A stretch of DNA of 64,000 nucleotides, from the NCBI GenBank assembly GCA_964199315.1, contig OZ116709.1:26288001-26352000 (forward strand), written 5' to 3'. This document shows, one piece after another, positions 1 to 13,900 of the stretch. The position numbers were made by a program, and so were the translations under genes. The first letter of the stretch is position 1. Every line of letters begins with the position of its first letter. Source of the DNA: Orbicella franksi. Its lineage: Eukaryota. Below the pieces are notes generated by a model. That model saw only the letters and a program-made list of their open reading frames with translations. It was not told where the DNA came from and searched no databases.

Positions 1-3000
1 AGAAGAATATGCATGGAAGGCTAATTAATCAATTAAGGCAATTCCTTAAACTAATTAACAGTATTAACGGGATGACGTCATATATCAACATTGGTAAACA
101 ACAACAACAACACGTTCGTCATACGGACCGTTGATTAAGCAGTCAATTCAATTAATCAGCAGTGTTAACGGGGTATATAACGACTGCGCAAACAGCAACA
201 TCATATTCTCTCACTCTTTCTTTGTAAGACCGCTTACAAGAATAACAACTTCATTGTTATAAGTCGAGGTCAACCTACCAACTGACCATTTCCAAGTTTC
301 CTTTCTCCTCTGTTTCGAGACGAGTCCTGGTTCACAATCTTTCGCGAAGAAGTGAGTTTTACTCTCGCGTTCGTTGTTTCGCAAATCAAACTCATTTTCC
401 ATCTGAAATTAATGGTTCGTTGGTTGTGGGTGCCTTCAGCGAAACACCCGTCGCTGACGAATAATGGTAATAGGGCATCATGTCGTCCACTTCTGTCTGT
501 AATCATACGTCGACTGATTTGTTAATCACGAGTACGATTACAGGCAGAATTAGATGACACGGTGTCCTGTTAGGCACTGTTTAATTTAAAAAATAGCTTT
601 TAATAACAATTCTTTAAAAAATATAATTCCTTTTTTCGAAAAAAAATATGGAAAATAAATTGAAAAATGATCATTACGTTTCCTTAAAAACAGCCACGGA
701 GATAGAACCACGGCGATTTTACAAAATTATTCATTTGAATCGACTACTATAGTGATTGTAATCAATGCTGTGATTGGTTAATTTAGCTGAGAGGACTTAA
801 TGATTGGCTCATGAAACTGTCCTACACTGACAGGTGTTCGATTACAGCAAACTGTGCGATTTCAACTTTTCAGATTAATTAGTGCAAAATACAGCAGTTG
901 ATGCATCAATTACATTCGACGAAATTGTAGCATTTGTAATGATTTATCGGCAAAATTAGGGGCATGTGGATTAATCTATACAATGTCAAAGACAAAAATT
1001 TGGGAATTATCATTTAGAGCGATAATTAGCTTCCAGGCGCCAACGCAGTTCAGTGAATACGGGGGGCAATGGGGACGAGAATGCAATTAAAGCACTCAGT
1101 AGCTCATTCACTCAGGCTCTTTATTTCAGTACGGCCGGAAATTTTCTAAAGCTAACGCCTTGTGTGCCTGAGCAGCATTTTTAAAAATGATATACGGCTT
1201 ATGAAAGAAATTTTCATTGCGTTTGTGAAAGAAAAATAAATATGTATCGTAATGATAACGGGTGGTATATTTATCTGATTCTGCGCGCCCCTGGGTAAGT
1301 CCCACAATCACGCTTTTCACGTTGTTTATTTCAGCGAAAAGGCCAAGAAACATTTGAGCAGTGTCATTCTTCAGGGAACAGGGTATTTCAAGGAAAGAAA
1401 AAAAAAAATCTTTTTTGGAATAAAATCAGTGAGTAAATCACATTCTTTATATTAGGGAAAAACGACCTGTTTGTGTTCTTTGTCAAGAGATGTTTACACT
1501 TTGTCATGGCGATATCCTTATTCTAATTTATCACCAACAGATCTGTCATTTCAGAATGTTATGCGACGTTAATTGCCAAGAAAGCTTTCCTGCAGCGTCA
1601 TGGTTCTGATAAATTTCAACCAACAGTCAGCTTTTACAATACTCATTGCACACATTGTATCTACCCCGTTCACTGTTGTACCGTTGCTAGACATTGGGGT
1701 GACCTCCAAGGAAAGGCGCATTGATGCAAATATAAGTGACATTTCTCCCGCTTAGCTCAGGATCACAGAGGTGAGTTTTCCGAGTTTTTTTTTTTTAAGA
1801 AAATATTGCAGTGGTTGATTTGAAGCGATTATAGCATTTGTACAAAGCGCTGCAACAAGGGAAAGGTCGGGGATGTAAATTTAAGCGCGCCGGCACGAGT
1901 AAACACTATGCTATATATTTTTTGCGATTTTTGAGACCACGCCGGTTTGACCTCTTGCCCTTCTTTTGAATATAAAAACTTCTTTAATTTATATTTCCAG
2001 TCCAATTTCCCGGAACAGACTTAAACCTTTCGTTGAGGTTTCTTTTGTGGTATGATTGCTAGCCCGACATAAGTGAATGTAGATTAGAGAAAGATGGCAA
2101 CACCCGTGGAAATTTTTCAATCTTTTCAATTAAAAATATTTAAACGGAAACTTGAAAAAACAGCTTCAAATTGCTTATAAGTCCTAACTTGATCGTGTAC
2201 TGAGTAAGGCGACGTTTTCGCTTACTTTAACGTATTTACAAGTCGACAAGTACGGCTCAATTATTACAACAACAAAGGGAAAAAATATATTGGCACAGGT
2301 ACACCTTCAAAAGAAATTCATAACGTTTACATTTAAAATTTAAATTTAAGAATGTCTTATATGCGGGGAATTTCTTGTCTCCTAAAACGTGTGGCCTTTG
2401 CACCGAACCAAAAACAGAACAAAATGTGCTGATATGCAATACCGTCTGTTGGGTAGGAAAAGTAGTTTGAAGTGCTCCAATGATACAAAATTGAAATAAT
2501 TAACTTTTAAGTGCAGCTGTAGATCGGTACATCGATAAATATTTAGTTACCTAACGTTAGACCTTTTCTGTTCTAGAGGTCAAATTTTTTTTTTCAAGTT
2601 TAAAGTAATAGCAGTCAATCTGGTCCTTGTTTTTGATACCTAGTTCTTGAATAATTCAACTTGAATAATTCAACTGATATGTCGCATTTTCTTTAAAGAA
2701 ATAAAAGAAACTAAAATTGCGGCTGCTTCAAATAACTTGCTCAGAGAAAAAAAGTAAAGGGCGCTAAAATACAATATCATTTCCGTGAGCCGTTCAGAAA
2801 GGAGCGCTAGCAAACATGCACTTGATCAAAATCGAAGACGTGACATGGAAAGCATCTTATCACTGGTTTCATTTGAATCTTCGGAAGCTTCCTACATGTA
2901 CGTGCTTTTGAAGCAGTGACATAGTTGTCAAGAAATCTTATGTTACCGGAATCACTTAAAATACTTCTTAAGAGAGAGGGCACTTTAGAATGTTTTAACT

Positions 3001-3734
3001 CCTCCCGGCTGACAGAAATTTAGCGATAAGCCGCGAGTGCTTTAGATTCCTCTCCAAGCAAATACAAATATAGTTTTGATCGTAAATATTTCAGGGACCA
3101 ATTTGGGTATGTATTTTTGTTTGTCTGTCTTGTGGCTGTGAATTTATCAGTATAGATATGTTAAACCGAATGTTCATAAAAGCCCTGCCTATTTGAATTG
3201 TTCAGCTGATACAAATAACCGTAAATGTACCCTTTCTGTTGCGTAAACTCTAACATGGCACAGTGTGTGTCGGTGCATTCATATAATTCTGGTTTTGTTT
3301 TCAGTATTTTGAAAAATGAAAATCGATCTTTTCCATTTGAACTTGGCCACTTTTGCAACTGAAATGTTTAACTTTACGGCTGAAAGTGCTAAATTTAATA
3401 TGCACACACATCTATCTATTATAATGTTATGAATGGACCACCCGTGTCTTCGTCCATGAATTTCAAAACTCTTCAAAGTTTCAATGATTTGGGGGTTGTC
3501 ATTTGCAGGTAGGGGAGTTTTCAGCAGTATCGACGACTTTCCAAGTAAATAAAAAGAGATAAAATTTATTTTCTTGGACAATCTAAGCCGTAAAGGAATA
3601 ACCACCCCCTCCCCCCAAAAAAAGAAAAAAAGAAAAAACAAAACAAACAATGCGAAAACAAAGCAAAACAAAAAACACAGGCAAGTTATCTTTCCTTATT
3701 ATATAGCATCCAAAAACAGATGAACAAGGCAAAG

Positions 3735-4058
3735 ATTTGACCCTCTAAAGTAGTTGCGGTCTCGTAGTATGCTGTAACTCTTGCCGTTGTATTTTAGATG
3801 GCGGTCTAAGGAGTCTTGCTTTAACAGCAACGCTCTCTGGCTCGTATTCATCTCCGTTTTGCTTTCTTATCTCTGCATAAAATCGGCAAAGAACGTCGTC
3901 AAGCTCGTCTTCGGGAATCTCCTTAAGCTTTCTCACTTCGCTTCGCTCAGCACGCCACAGGTCAAACACTTTGACACAGGTTTTTGTGCTTCTTTGAGGG
4001 TTCTTGTTCTGATTATATCAGTAGCATCTATCTCTGGAAACTTAGCTGAAGACTCCAT
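3735..4058 (-). mobile_element. Degenerate Crypton-type (tyrosine recombinase, DUF3504/KCTD1-ZMYM-like N-terminus) transposon fragment, frameshifted
   Basis: Joining frames of ORFs 3933-4265 and 3745-3969 gives SAKFPEIDATD...FDLWRAERSEVRKLKEIPEDELDDVLCRFYAEIRKQNGDEYEPES...LDRHLKYNGKSYSILRDRNYF. This matches the LxRFYAEIRKxxGxxYEPxS...LDRHL pattern of metazoan Crypton recombinases. At least two frameshifts; the catalytic C-terminus is not seen. Confidence 0.7.
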
Positions 4059-5784
4059 TTTAATCTGTGAGACGTCAAAAACGTGGAGAGAAAAGTCGGG
4101 AAATTCCGCCATTATCAAAACATAGTAAAACTCGCTCGCTGACGTTTGATGGCAGTGATAATAGCTGCAACCTGATTGGCCAATATTCGTTTTTTTAGTT
4201 ATCTTGACATTTGATTGGTTGGTGCAAAGTATCCAGATTTTTCTCAAATTGGACAGTTTGTTCAAAGCTAAACTAAACGTTCGAGCAAAAAAATATCCAA
4301 TTTATTTTAAATTTGGACAGTTGGCATAAAATTAACAAGAAATAAATCTGTTGGCAATATTGGATTTTGATGCAGCTATATAATTACAATTAGAATTACT
4401 CCCCGCCACGACTCCTTTCGTATCTGTCATTTTGTGGTATGCTTGCGTTCGTGAATATCGCAAGCTTAGCAAAATATTAACCCGGCGAGTGGGACGATGA
4501 ACGAGCCAAACCGCCAAGGGGTTGGGCAGGCAGCCCTTGGATACGAAATTGAGGTGAAATTGTAAATGGCTGGGAGAACTTGTCGGATATCTACAGAGCA
4601 TCGTGAATCTGCGATGTTTCAGACTTCGAGAAAGGTTGTGTTGCTTGGTGCCTTGGATTAACCCCTGCAGTCCAAGATGGGGCTTCCCCCAGGGGTGCAT
4701 AGGAGTCTAGCTGACCAAACTAAAGGGTTCCAGTATAGGTTACTGCCAAAACAATTTCTGTTCTTTCTCCAGCCGCTCGAAGAAAAACAACTCGTAGCAA
4801 AAAAAGGGTGTGGACTAGTCTTTTTAACTCTTTCCCGTCACTGCTGTTTCAGTAGAATGTCGATTTTGCAGCGGTAGATACAGATACAACAGCTGTGACA
4901 GATGAAGCCGGTGTGGGTAGTGTTATGAGAAAATTCGCCGTTGTACAGTCACGTCTTTATAATATGGAAAATTATAGAAAAACCAACAGTAACCTCTTTT
5001 TTAATTAGTTGACGACCAGGAATTTAAATATCCTACTTTGTACATTACCGATCCTTTGTACACCTGTAGGTGTGCAACTTCTTTATCAGCAACTTTTATT
5101 TAGTGGACAGATAAATCGTTATCTTGTCCTTTTGAGTTTCCCTTGCGTATATTAGTTTCCACGGAAGCTAGCCAGCTGAACTATTTTTTCAGTAATGAAG
5201 TTTTATTAGTTTTATTCATGGGATAATTTTCCCTTGCTATTAGTCACCCCAATTTTCGGAAATAGTAGAAATTAAAATTAAGTATCTCACTTTTAATTTC
5301 CTAACTTCTGTCTTAATTTCAAGCTGTGAATTTTAATCTGAACTCTCTATCTTTAATTTTGGAACTGACTTGGTAGTATTGATTAGAATTCACTATCTTA
5401 ATTTACTTTCTGCTCGTATTGTATGTTAGAAGTTGCATGGTCGTATTGTAAAGGATGATATATAAGTAAGTGCGTTTGTAAAGCTTTTTCGATTTCAACG
5501 ATCACGAAGATCAGTATTGACGAGTGCAGACTAAACTACTGTTGGGCCAAGTTATGTCTCTTCCTTGACATCCGTAGTGAAGACCATTGAAGTAGATCCT
5601 CGTGTACCAGGAAATCGTGACGAATTTCCGTTCCCGCAGGCAGGCAGTGCTCTCCAGGGTTAGATTCCCCCAGTTGTCAGTTCAGTGTCCGTTCAGTCAG
5701 AAATTTACAGTGTTTGCAGGAAAAACCTATCGTCCCAGTGGTTTACCAGAAAAACCTATCGTAGTTGTATTGGATACCACATAA

Positions 5785-6390
5785 GGGTATCGAATGGTCT
5801 TTGCAAGCATTTACGACCATGCCAGCAATGCATTAAATGTTGCGAGCACGAGCAGTGATCAAATTTGTCTTGCGAGCAGCGAGCACTTAAGAAAATGCAG
5901 ATGACGAGCAACGACCACTTACTAAATTTTTCGCTAGTCAGAATCTCTCTTTTACTGAAAAGAAACGATGTTTTGCCTCCAAAACATGACCGAAAGGCGC
6001 AAGCTAGGCAATACATTAAGATCTTATCGCAGTTCAACCTATCGTAGCAGCTTACAGCCAAGTACGCATTGTTTGATGCCAAAACATGTCACTTAGCGTC
6101 ACGTGAGTCAGTGGGTGGACGCTCAGGGAGATCTACAGCTTTCTAACCCGCCGACGTTGTGAACACACCACGAGAAGAAGCTAAAAGCTACTAGACCCCA
6201 ACCCTAACCCTAAGGATTCATAAAAATTTCCAACAATCGAGTACATTTTAACGATAATGCGAGCGTGCTAGCAGTTGCAAAAATTTTGCGAGCACGAGCA
6301 AGCGAGGATTCATCTAATTTTTGTGAGCAATTCGAGCAAAGGCCAAATTTTGCGAGCAATTTTAAATTAGATGGGACCATTCAATACCTC
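5785..6390. mobile_element. Non-autonomous MITE
   Basis: Terminal inverted repeats GGGTATCGAATGGTC / GACCATTCAATACC. Flanking near-identical 8-mers ccacataa / tcacataa are a possible TSD. Confidence 0.55.
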
Positions 6391-7417
6391 TCACATAAAA
6401 TTACCGAACAAGATAAACATAATGATTCTTATTTTCGTAGTGACTCCTGACATGACTGTATAATATCAAATTAACATTGCTTTTGGTGGAGGCTGTAAAA
6501 TGATTATAGCTTTAACAATTACTGAATTAAAACCCAGACAAGACAGAATTGTTCACCCATGATGAAACAATGAGTTACGGAGCGGCCGTCAAATTGTAAA
6601 GATATTATTATTTTCACGTTACACCGGCTTTTTTTCCTCTGCGGCTTGGTTCGTTAATGTCAGCTGCTCTGGCACACTTTTGACGGAAGAAATAAAACAA
6701 AAACAGAACAAAAAAAATGCTTGAGTTTAACATAATTTGTAAACAGTAAATAAAACGTATTGAGGTTTCTGATTTAGGCAATGAATTTTGATTACAATTT
6801 TGTGGAAAATTTCTTAACGTAGGAGAATAGGTAATTTGTTTGCTAGATTCTTACTGTAAAACTGTAATAATTCTTTTGATGCTATTTTGTACTTTTTTAG
6901 TAACCCTGATCCTAACCTAAGGCAACGCCGGCATCGAATGTTTATTTTAAAAGCTTAGGATAAAAGAAAATGTCAAGTAGAAATATCAAATGGTTTTGAA
7001 TAAACGAAATGAGAGTTCAGACCGGTTTAGAGAATGTAAGCCAATTTATGAAATCTAACATTGTTTTGTTCGAAATTGTTATTATGTCAGAATTCCGGTC
7101 GCCAACAAAGCTCTTGCGTAGAATTAATTAATTGAAAAGGAAACGTTGTTACTCCAATATTCCCTCACAACAAGGCTATAATTCCACTCATCCGCCTCCG
7201 AACTTCGAACCTTCATAATTGCTCCACGCGACCCTGCAGGCGTTGTGGATGCGGCGTATTAAAATTGAACATTATCCATCTCGGTATACGGAACCTGTGA
7301 GAGTTCTCATTTGCCGCATAGCTTAGGCCAGATTAGTCAAATAGATCATTTTTAAAGAACCTGTGAAGAACGATGAACTGAAAGGAAATCGTTGGAAACT
7401 GTTTTGACTTTTAGCGT

Positions 7418-7709
7418 CCCAGGGGACCCCCAAATAAAAAGGACTGGGTTGCTCGTCATGCCTTTTGGACGGTTTTCATACAGCCTCAAAAGGTCCATAG
7501 CGGGAACTTTTGCGGTAGCTTTTAGAGTACTGAGCCGAAAAAAAATATGGCAGGAGATAATGTTCTTTTAAAATTGCTACCTCTTAGGGGTGAAAAACAT
7601 TTCAAGCCACGACCACCAAACAGGATATCGATAACTCTTACGGGTTCTTTTCAAAATTTCGGACAAGCAGCCCCCTTCTTTTTATATAGGAGTCCCCCCC
7701 CCCGGGGGG
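7418..7709. mobile_element. CCC(A/G)GGGG-terminated MITE with 8-bp TSD
   Basis: Ends CCCAGGGG... and ...CCCCCCGGGGGG. Direct repeat tttagcgt at 7410-7417 and 7710-7717. Confidence 0.6.
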
Positions 7710-8320
7710 TTTAGCGTAGGTGCTTTTAAGGTTTACTTAATACTAACCAGTCGGTGAGATCCTGTAGGTACTTTCGGAGCCTGCCGGATATGTATTGAAA
7801 AAAGATTCTTCGTTATTAATATAATTAATATACCGAAATACTGCAGCCTCCAAGGCTTATTGCAGGAACAAGAAAGTTTAAGATTAAATCGCGCTTAGTT
7901 TTTCCGTGATTACACCCGGGATTACACGATCATGATATTTCTGGACGAAGTTCATAATACAATTTAGGCGACGCCAAAAAAGAAAAAACGTTACAGTTTG
8001 TTACCATTAAAATGAAATCAAATGGCAAATCTCGCTCGTGGTCAAAAAAGGTTCTATTTATTTTACCGACCCAATTGGAAATGAGACTGAAAATGTGCTT
8101 AATTAATTATTAAGCGCTAGAGTGAGTTTGAAGCCTGAAATTCATTTTGCCACAAGGACGACTCTCGACTGGTAATCAAACAACGATTTCCACTCCAGGT
8201 TATCTTTTAACAATTTTTTTTTTACCGAAGACGTGGACTTAGGTGAGTCCAACCACTTTAAATTAATTTTACTTTTTTTAATCACTTTTATTTAGTAAAA
8301 CTTAAAAATGTTCTGAGGCT

Positions 8321-8427
8321 AAAAATATGATAAAAACACAAGCTTTCGACTGCTTAAATTGCAGTTTTTAACCCGCTGAAGTCTGCAGTTTAACCAGTTG
8401 AAAGGTTGTCTTTTTTATCATATTTTT
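8321..8427. repeat. Inverted-repeat junction containing degenerate minimal hammerhead-ribozyme motifs (Penelope-like element relic)
   Basis: Imperfect inverted arms of about 44 bp (8321-8364 vs 8383-8427). Plus arm reads CTGAAG..CTGCAGTTTAACCAGTTGAAAGGTTGTC; minus arm reads ACTGCAATTTAAGCAGTCGAAAGCTTG (stem II followed by GAAA). Confidence 0.4.
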
Positions 8428-9957
8428 AGTCAGAGAACGTTTTTAAATTTTACCATGATTCCTCCTCGTTGTGGTCTCTCGATATTTTCGCTTTTTATTT
8501 AATGTGTTTGTAGCTTTTAATAATTTTATATTAGCGTAGACTGACTTATATTTCGTGTATGTTTGAGCCACATGGTTTATATTAACCAGTTTACATTATT
8601 TTCAGTTTATTTTTGACAACATATGCAGTATTAAAAGCAACAAGGGTGCCCTTTACTCCAGAATTGAAAATGAACTAAATGCACTTCTTTGAACAGACAA
8701 ACTTTATACGTTTTTTAGACCGATAATGCCTGCCAGCTGTTTCATAATGGTTTTTGGAAAATTGCCGTATTCATTTGATACCCGTATGTCGCCGATATTA
8801 AACTAAAGACCCTTTTAACGTGCCTCAACGCACGAAAAAAATGCAACACCAACTGTATTTCCTGTGTTGTATTTCCCATTTGGCATTCAAATTAAGTGAC
8901 GTATATATTTCTTTTCAAGTTTCCCTTTCATTGTTTTTAATAAATAGTCCATCGCGTGCCTGGGTGTCGCTCGGTCCGATATCCATGTCTATAAAGAAAC
9001 GGTTGCCAGCTGCCGATCGAGTGCTTCTTTGATTTCCCTTTGTGTGCTGTTCTGTAGCAGGGAGGAACGTTTGCCTGAGGAAGATTGTTGCTGTTGTTTT
9101 TGTGGTAAATTGCTCTAATGCCTTCCCACCAATGCTGACGACGGATGAAAATAAGCTGTTACCTTTGAGCTCTGAAAGGCAAGCAACAGATTATACTCCT
9201 GCGTCAGTGTAATTCTTTAGTAGTTGTTCATTATTTGCCAGTCTGACGCTTATGTAATAATCCGCACTCTTTTGCCGAAAGCTCAGTTTTCTGCGTAGCA
9301 AAAAGTTAATCATATTAAATGTATTTTCAATAAGTACGCGGGCGAAAAGCTACTGAGGTATTCTTGTTTTCATATTGAAATTTCGATTACGTTTTTTGTT
9401 TTTCAAAAAAAAGACCCACACAATGAAAGCTTTACCTCAAACAACAGGGATCTATGCCAGAACTAAGCGCCAAGTTTCTTTACATTTCATTTCTCCTGTT
9501 TAGGAAAAACATCAGTGGAAACATCACGACCAAAAGACCGGTTAGTTGAAATTCTTTGGGTTACGTCATAGCAGACGAACTGACGACACAAGGTTTAATT
9601 TGCTTCGTTTTACACCTCCGCGGTGAGTGGTTTTGGACGTAAGTCATTTAGTCCAACACTGTATCGGACAATGACCTCGCATTGTTAATATAAACAGAGA
9701 AAACGAGTTGATGTAAGCTGAAATTTGTGGACGGAGTTGAAGGTTTCATTTGTGTTGCTTGTTCGCAGTGCTGGTTTTAAATATTCACTGCTCTCAGACA
9801 TAACTGGATTGATCGGTGAAGACCTATTGTTATCACTGTATAGAGATTAGTGCTGCAAGAACTGTCTGCAAAAGAGAGGAAAATAACTTCATCTGGGAAG
9901 AATTAAATATATATTTCAAACAGCTTCGTAAACTGAAATGTGACCGTCTCAGGGAAA

Positions 9958-10947
9958 ATGTCTATGCTTGAAGTAAACAACACAACATCTGCCGCAGTTC
10001 AGGACCAGATGGTGAGCGATGAACGACGACTTGAAGCTCTACCACAACTGCTACCTATCGGTTTTTTAATAGTTCTGACAAACTTTGTGGTTTTCCTTCT
10101 CTTCTACTCAAGCCAAAGTTTACGAAAACCCTCTAACTATCTCTTGTTAAGTTTGGCAATTTGCGACTTCCTGAACGGCTTTGTGAACATTCCGCTCTTC
10201 TTATTGGTCTTCATCCGAGTGGTTAAAGGGTCTAAATTCCTCGTTCTTCTTTGCGCTGTTGAGGTTTCACACAATTTTATCGCCATCACAGCCGCTTGCC
10301 ACATCGTTCTGATAACCGCAGCGAAGTACTTGGCTGTGATGCGGCCTCTGAAGTACCACGTGATCAAGAAGAGAACAATGCTGCTTGTGATTGGTGGAGC
10401 TTGGATCATTTCTGCTCTCGTAGCGGCAGCTCCTATCTGTTGGTTTTCCATGAGAAATCGCGAAGAGCGAACCGGTTTGATCTTGGAAACTGCTTTCAAT
10501 GTTTTCTGCCTGGTCGCAGTCTTTGTAGTGCCTTATACCTTTATCTTATTTGCTTACATCACCATGTTTAGAAAAGTTTGCAAGAGAAACCACCACCGGG
10601 GTCTTAACAGACGTACGAGGTCCAGAAGTCGCAAGAAGAAGAAAACCGAACGGAAATGCCTAATCATTTTTGCTACCATGGCAACTGTTTTCGTCGTCTG
10701 CTGGTTCCCCTGGTTTGTCTTGCGCCTGATTTATTCTTTGATCGGACAGCGGTTGATCCAACATGACCCTGTTGCCATGATGATCACTGCACAGGTTTTC
10801 CTGATCGTCAGATACCTTACGTCATTCATCAATCCTCTGCTTTACACATTTTTCAAGCAGGACTTTTGGAGTGCGCTGAAACGAACGGTCATAAAGATGT
10901 CGAGCCGAGAAAAGATCTCAAACTCACGACCTCGGACAGCAGGCTGA
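9958..10947 (+). CDS. Intronless class A (rhodopsin-like) orphan GPCR, 329 aa
   Basis: Seven hydrophobic segments; N-terminal NNT sequon; TM2 LLSLAICDFL; basic ICL3; TM6 CWFPW; TM7 NPLLY. DRY is replaced by AKY. First in-frame ATG is at 9958 (the ORF track starts at GTG 9940). Confidence 0.93.
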   Translation: MSMLEVNNTTSAAVQDQMVSDERRLEALPQLLPIGFLIVLTNFVVFLLFYSSQSLRKPSNYLLLSLAICDFLNGFVNIPLFLLVFIRVVKGSKFLVLLCAVEVSHNFIAITAACHIVLITAAKYLAVMRPLKYHVIKKRTMLLVIGGAWIISALVAAAPICWFSMRNREERTGLILETAFNVFCLVAVFVVPYTFILFAYITMFRKVCKRNHHRGLNRRTRSRSRKKKKTERKCLIIFATMATVFVVCWFPWFVLRLIYSLIGQRLIQHDPVAMMITAQVFLIVRYLTSFINPLLYTFFKQDFWSALKRTVIKMSSREKISNSRPRTAG

Positions 10948-13900
10948 AACGACGATCGACAAAGAAGTCGACAAACCGTAATCAAACTAACTCTTTGAAA
11001 AAGTCGAGAGTGCAAAATCGCAAACATTTGTGCAATCGTGTTCAAGTCGTGTAGCTACTAGGGTAACGGATTTCAAGTGCGTGTTTGCGATATAATTTTA
11101 AGGGCAGGGTCGTAACTAGTTATAGGCAAACAAAAGCACTTCCCTAAGTCATTTTTTCGTTTTTGTTGTTTATAGAATACTTATCATAAACACCCTCAAT
11201 GCCAAGGAAGAGAATTTAACCATGGGCATTGCCTTAACATAATATCTCTTTCTGGTTACGACCTTGAAAGGTTCGGCTAAAATAATAGGGTTAGGGTGGA
11301 GTCCAGGCCTTACTGACAGCAAATGAATTGTATCGTGTGTAAGATCCCTGAAATTGATGCGTGCGTGTAATGATAAAGGAGAATTACCTCTTCCTATATG
11401 ACCTATATGTTAACACGGCCCAATATCAAAGGGAGGATTCTGAGTGGTTTCTTTAAGAGTTTTAAATTTTGCAACACGGATCCGGACCACAAAAATGGAC
11501 CGCCCACGGATTAGTTTCGACCAATTGCTACTCCAAGCATTGTACTAAAAAATGTAAGAAAGCAGAGATCTTTTACCCTTGAGTTCAACGTCCACGCTAC
11601 TTCGATAACATTTTAATACAAAACTGCGGGGAACAATTAATTCAACGCAGAACCACTGCGTTCATATTGACGACTTTATCGTGGTCGGCAAATCTCTCAG
11701 CCCTTTCTAGCCATGTGGCTATCTAATCTCCAACCCATCAGCCGAAAAACTCTTTCATTTTCCAAAACTTAACTCTCCGAGAGATTGGGCATACTTTTAG
11801 AACAATAAGTTAACATTTATCATAACGACTCGAGAAATTCTTTTAGCATTAGGCTTTGAAGAGGAACTTTGTTGAACACTCGGGCGAACAAACCATCTTT
11901 TGGGCTTGTTGGCTAAATTTTCACATATCATTTAGTTTAATCAGAAGCTCATATGTCGATAGCAGCTGCTCTTATTTCCTTTGGAGAAATGCGCCACAAG
12001 GTTTGAGGAAAATTTTTCACTTTTAAAATATCCTGCTGATAGACGAGGGAAATCAGTAACTATTTTACCTTAGTTTACACCACATAAGTGAATGGTGCTT
12101 TTCTCGCTATCTGATTGATCAACTTGGAGGTGATTTGCAAAGTGCTAGTCATCTCCACTTCGATGAATAATTGTTAAATATTAATAAGAGATTGTAGAGA
12201 TGAGAGAGTTTCCTCATTTTCTTTAATAAGGCTTTATTCTCTGCAAAAGTGAGAAATTTTGAAGTTTTTGGGACAAATGTAAAACGTGGACAAAAGAATT
12301 CTTCATAGGCAGAATTATGTTTGAGGACTTGCGATGTCTTCTGATGAAAGTCATTAATCTTGTAACAGCTCCCATACTAAGTCAGAGGTTAAATTAAATA
12401 AAAACGTTATCTTATGCAGGAAACAAGAGGCCACCCGATTGATAAACCGTTTCTGAACTTGCATTAGGGGTACCCAACGACGATTTTCTCTCAAATACAT
12501 TAAAAGACTGTTTTAGGTTATTTGGAGTCAAAATCCTCACCCATTCATTTAACTTATTACTGTAGTTTTCTTCGCTGCAGCCCTCTCGGTTCCCTTTAAT
12601 TTTGACCGGAAACACTTTGTCACCTCTCTGCAAAAAAGGGCATGGCAGTTCCTTTTTGCCTAATACCTGGAAAATCGCTTCAATTCTTGAGTTAATATTG
12701 TTTTTCCAAATAAGGTTTCTTTTCGCGTTATTTATTTGGGTACTCTGTACGGGTAAACTTTGTTTAACTTCGATGCTTGGTGACGTGTGTCAAAATCACT
12801 AACGTTTGGCGTCACGATAAGACAAGGTTTTTGATTGGTGTAGTCTGTGAATTTTGGCGCGATCTACCCAGGAACATATTAGCGAAGTTGTCATTGGCTA
12901 AAACGCGCAAAGAAATGCGATTCTGGTTTTAATATGAGACGTTGGTAGCGTGACGACCAAAAACAAAGGCTTGCGAAGTGCTCACGTCAAAGCCACAGGC
13001 GATGTAAGCTTCACATATGTTTTAATCCGTTCTAGTTATGTAAACGGTCCCGTTTTGCTCGTAATCTTTTCCAGATATTTGAAGTATTTCCATTAGTAAA
13101 GTTACAAGAGTTCACAAAGCTACGACAGCCGCGAACGAGACAAGCTTATGTTCCACGTGAACAGACAACAAAATTCGTCCCGGTAGCCGGTGCCAGCGCG
13201 GTTACCGGGCTCATATATGAAGAGGCCCTAAGTCGTGTACTTACGCGTAACGCTACCTGTGGCTGCGTTACAGCGGGAACCCATCGGCCAGAAAGGTGAG
13301 TCAAAGACGTAAACCTTGCTCAAGCGTATTTTTATTTCATCCCATTGAAGTTGAGAGGTGTCATAGGTGCTGCCAGCGAAGGAAAAAGTAGGAACAAAGA
13401 TAAGCTATCTTACATGTTTGCAGTCAGCTTACACCTGAGAAGATCTCGTCGTGTAAAGCGCCTGAAATTTGAGAATAATCATAGACATCTCACAACAGCA
13501 CAGCCGAATAGTAAAGGCGACTTTTACTGCATATCTGATGAAGAAAATTGAAATAGCTTCTGGTATATAAAAGAATAAACTCTTGAGATCTCGATGTTAT
13601 TCGAAACGAAAATCTTAAGAATTAATATTAGATCTTAAAACAACATCGACTAGAAATTACAATATTACTTCGAGGACAATGAGCTGGGACAAGATGGCAA
13701 ATTCGGAGTTACGGGCTTTTCTTTTTTTGTTAATTTAGCGGCTATTCCTTGGATGCTTCTTCAAACGTTACGGCTAATAATGTTACATGTAAGTGTGATG
13801 TTCTTAAACGAGGTCTTGTAGTAATATTAGCAATACAGAACGTCTCCCTAGCTGTTGAAATTCGTCAAGAAGCTTATGCAAATTTTAGAAATTTTTTTGG

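Noticed and set aside
3279-3671. 130-aa hydrophobic ORF, and likewise ORFs 59324-59596 and 59370-59552
   Set aside because: They arise from A-rich or T-rich low-complexity tracts and have no domain or splice support.
12412-12633. 73-aa minus-strand ORF with a PH-like LNEWVRIL string
   Set aside because: An isolated short match with no compatible splice sites or neighbouring exons found.
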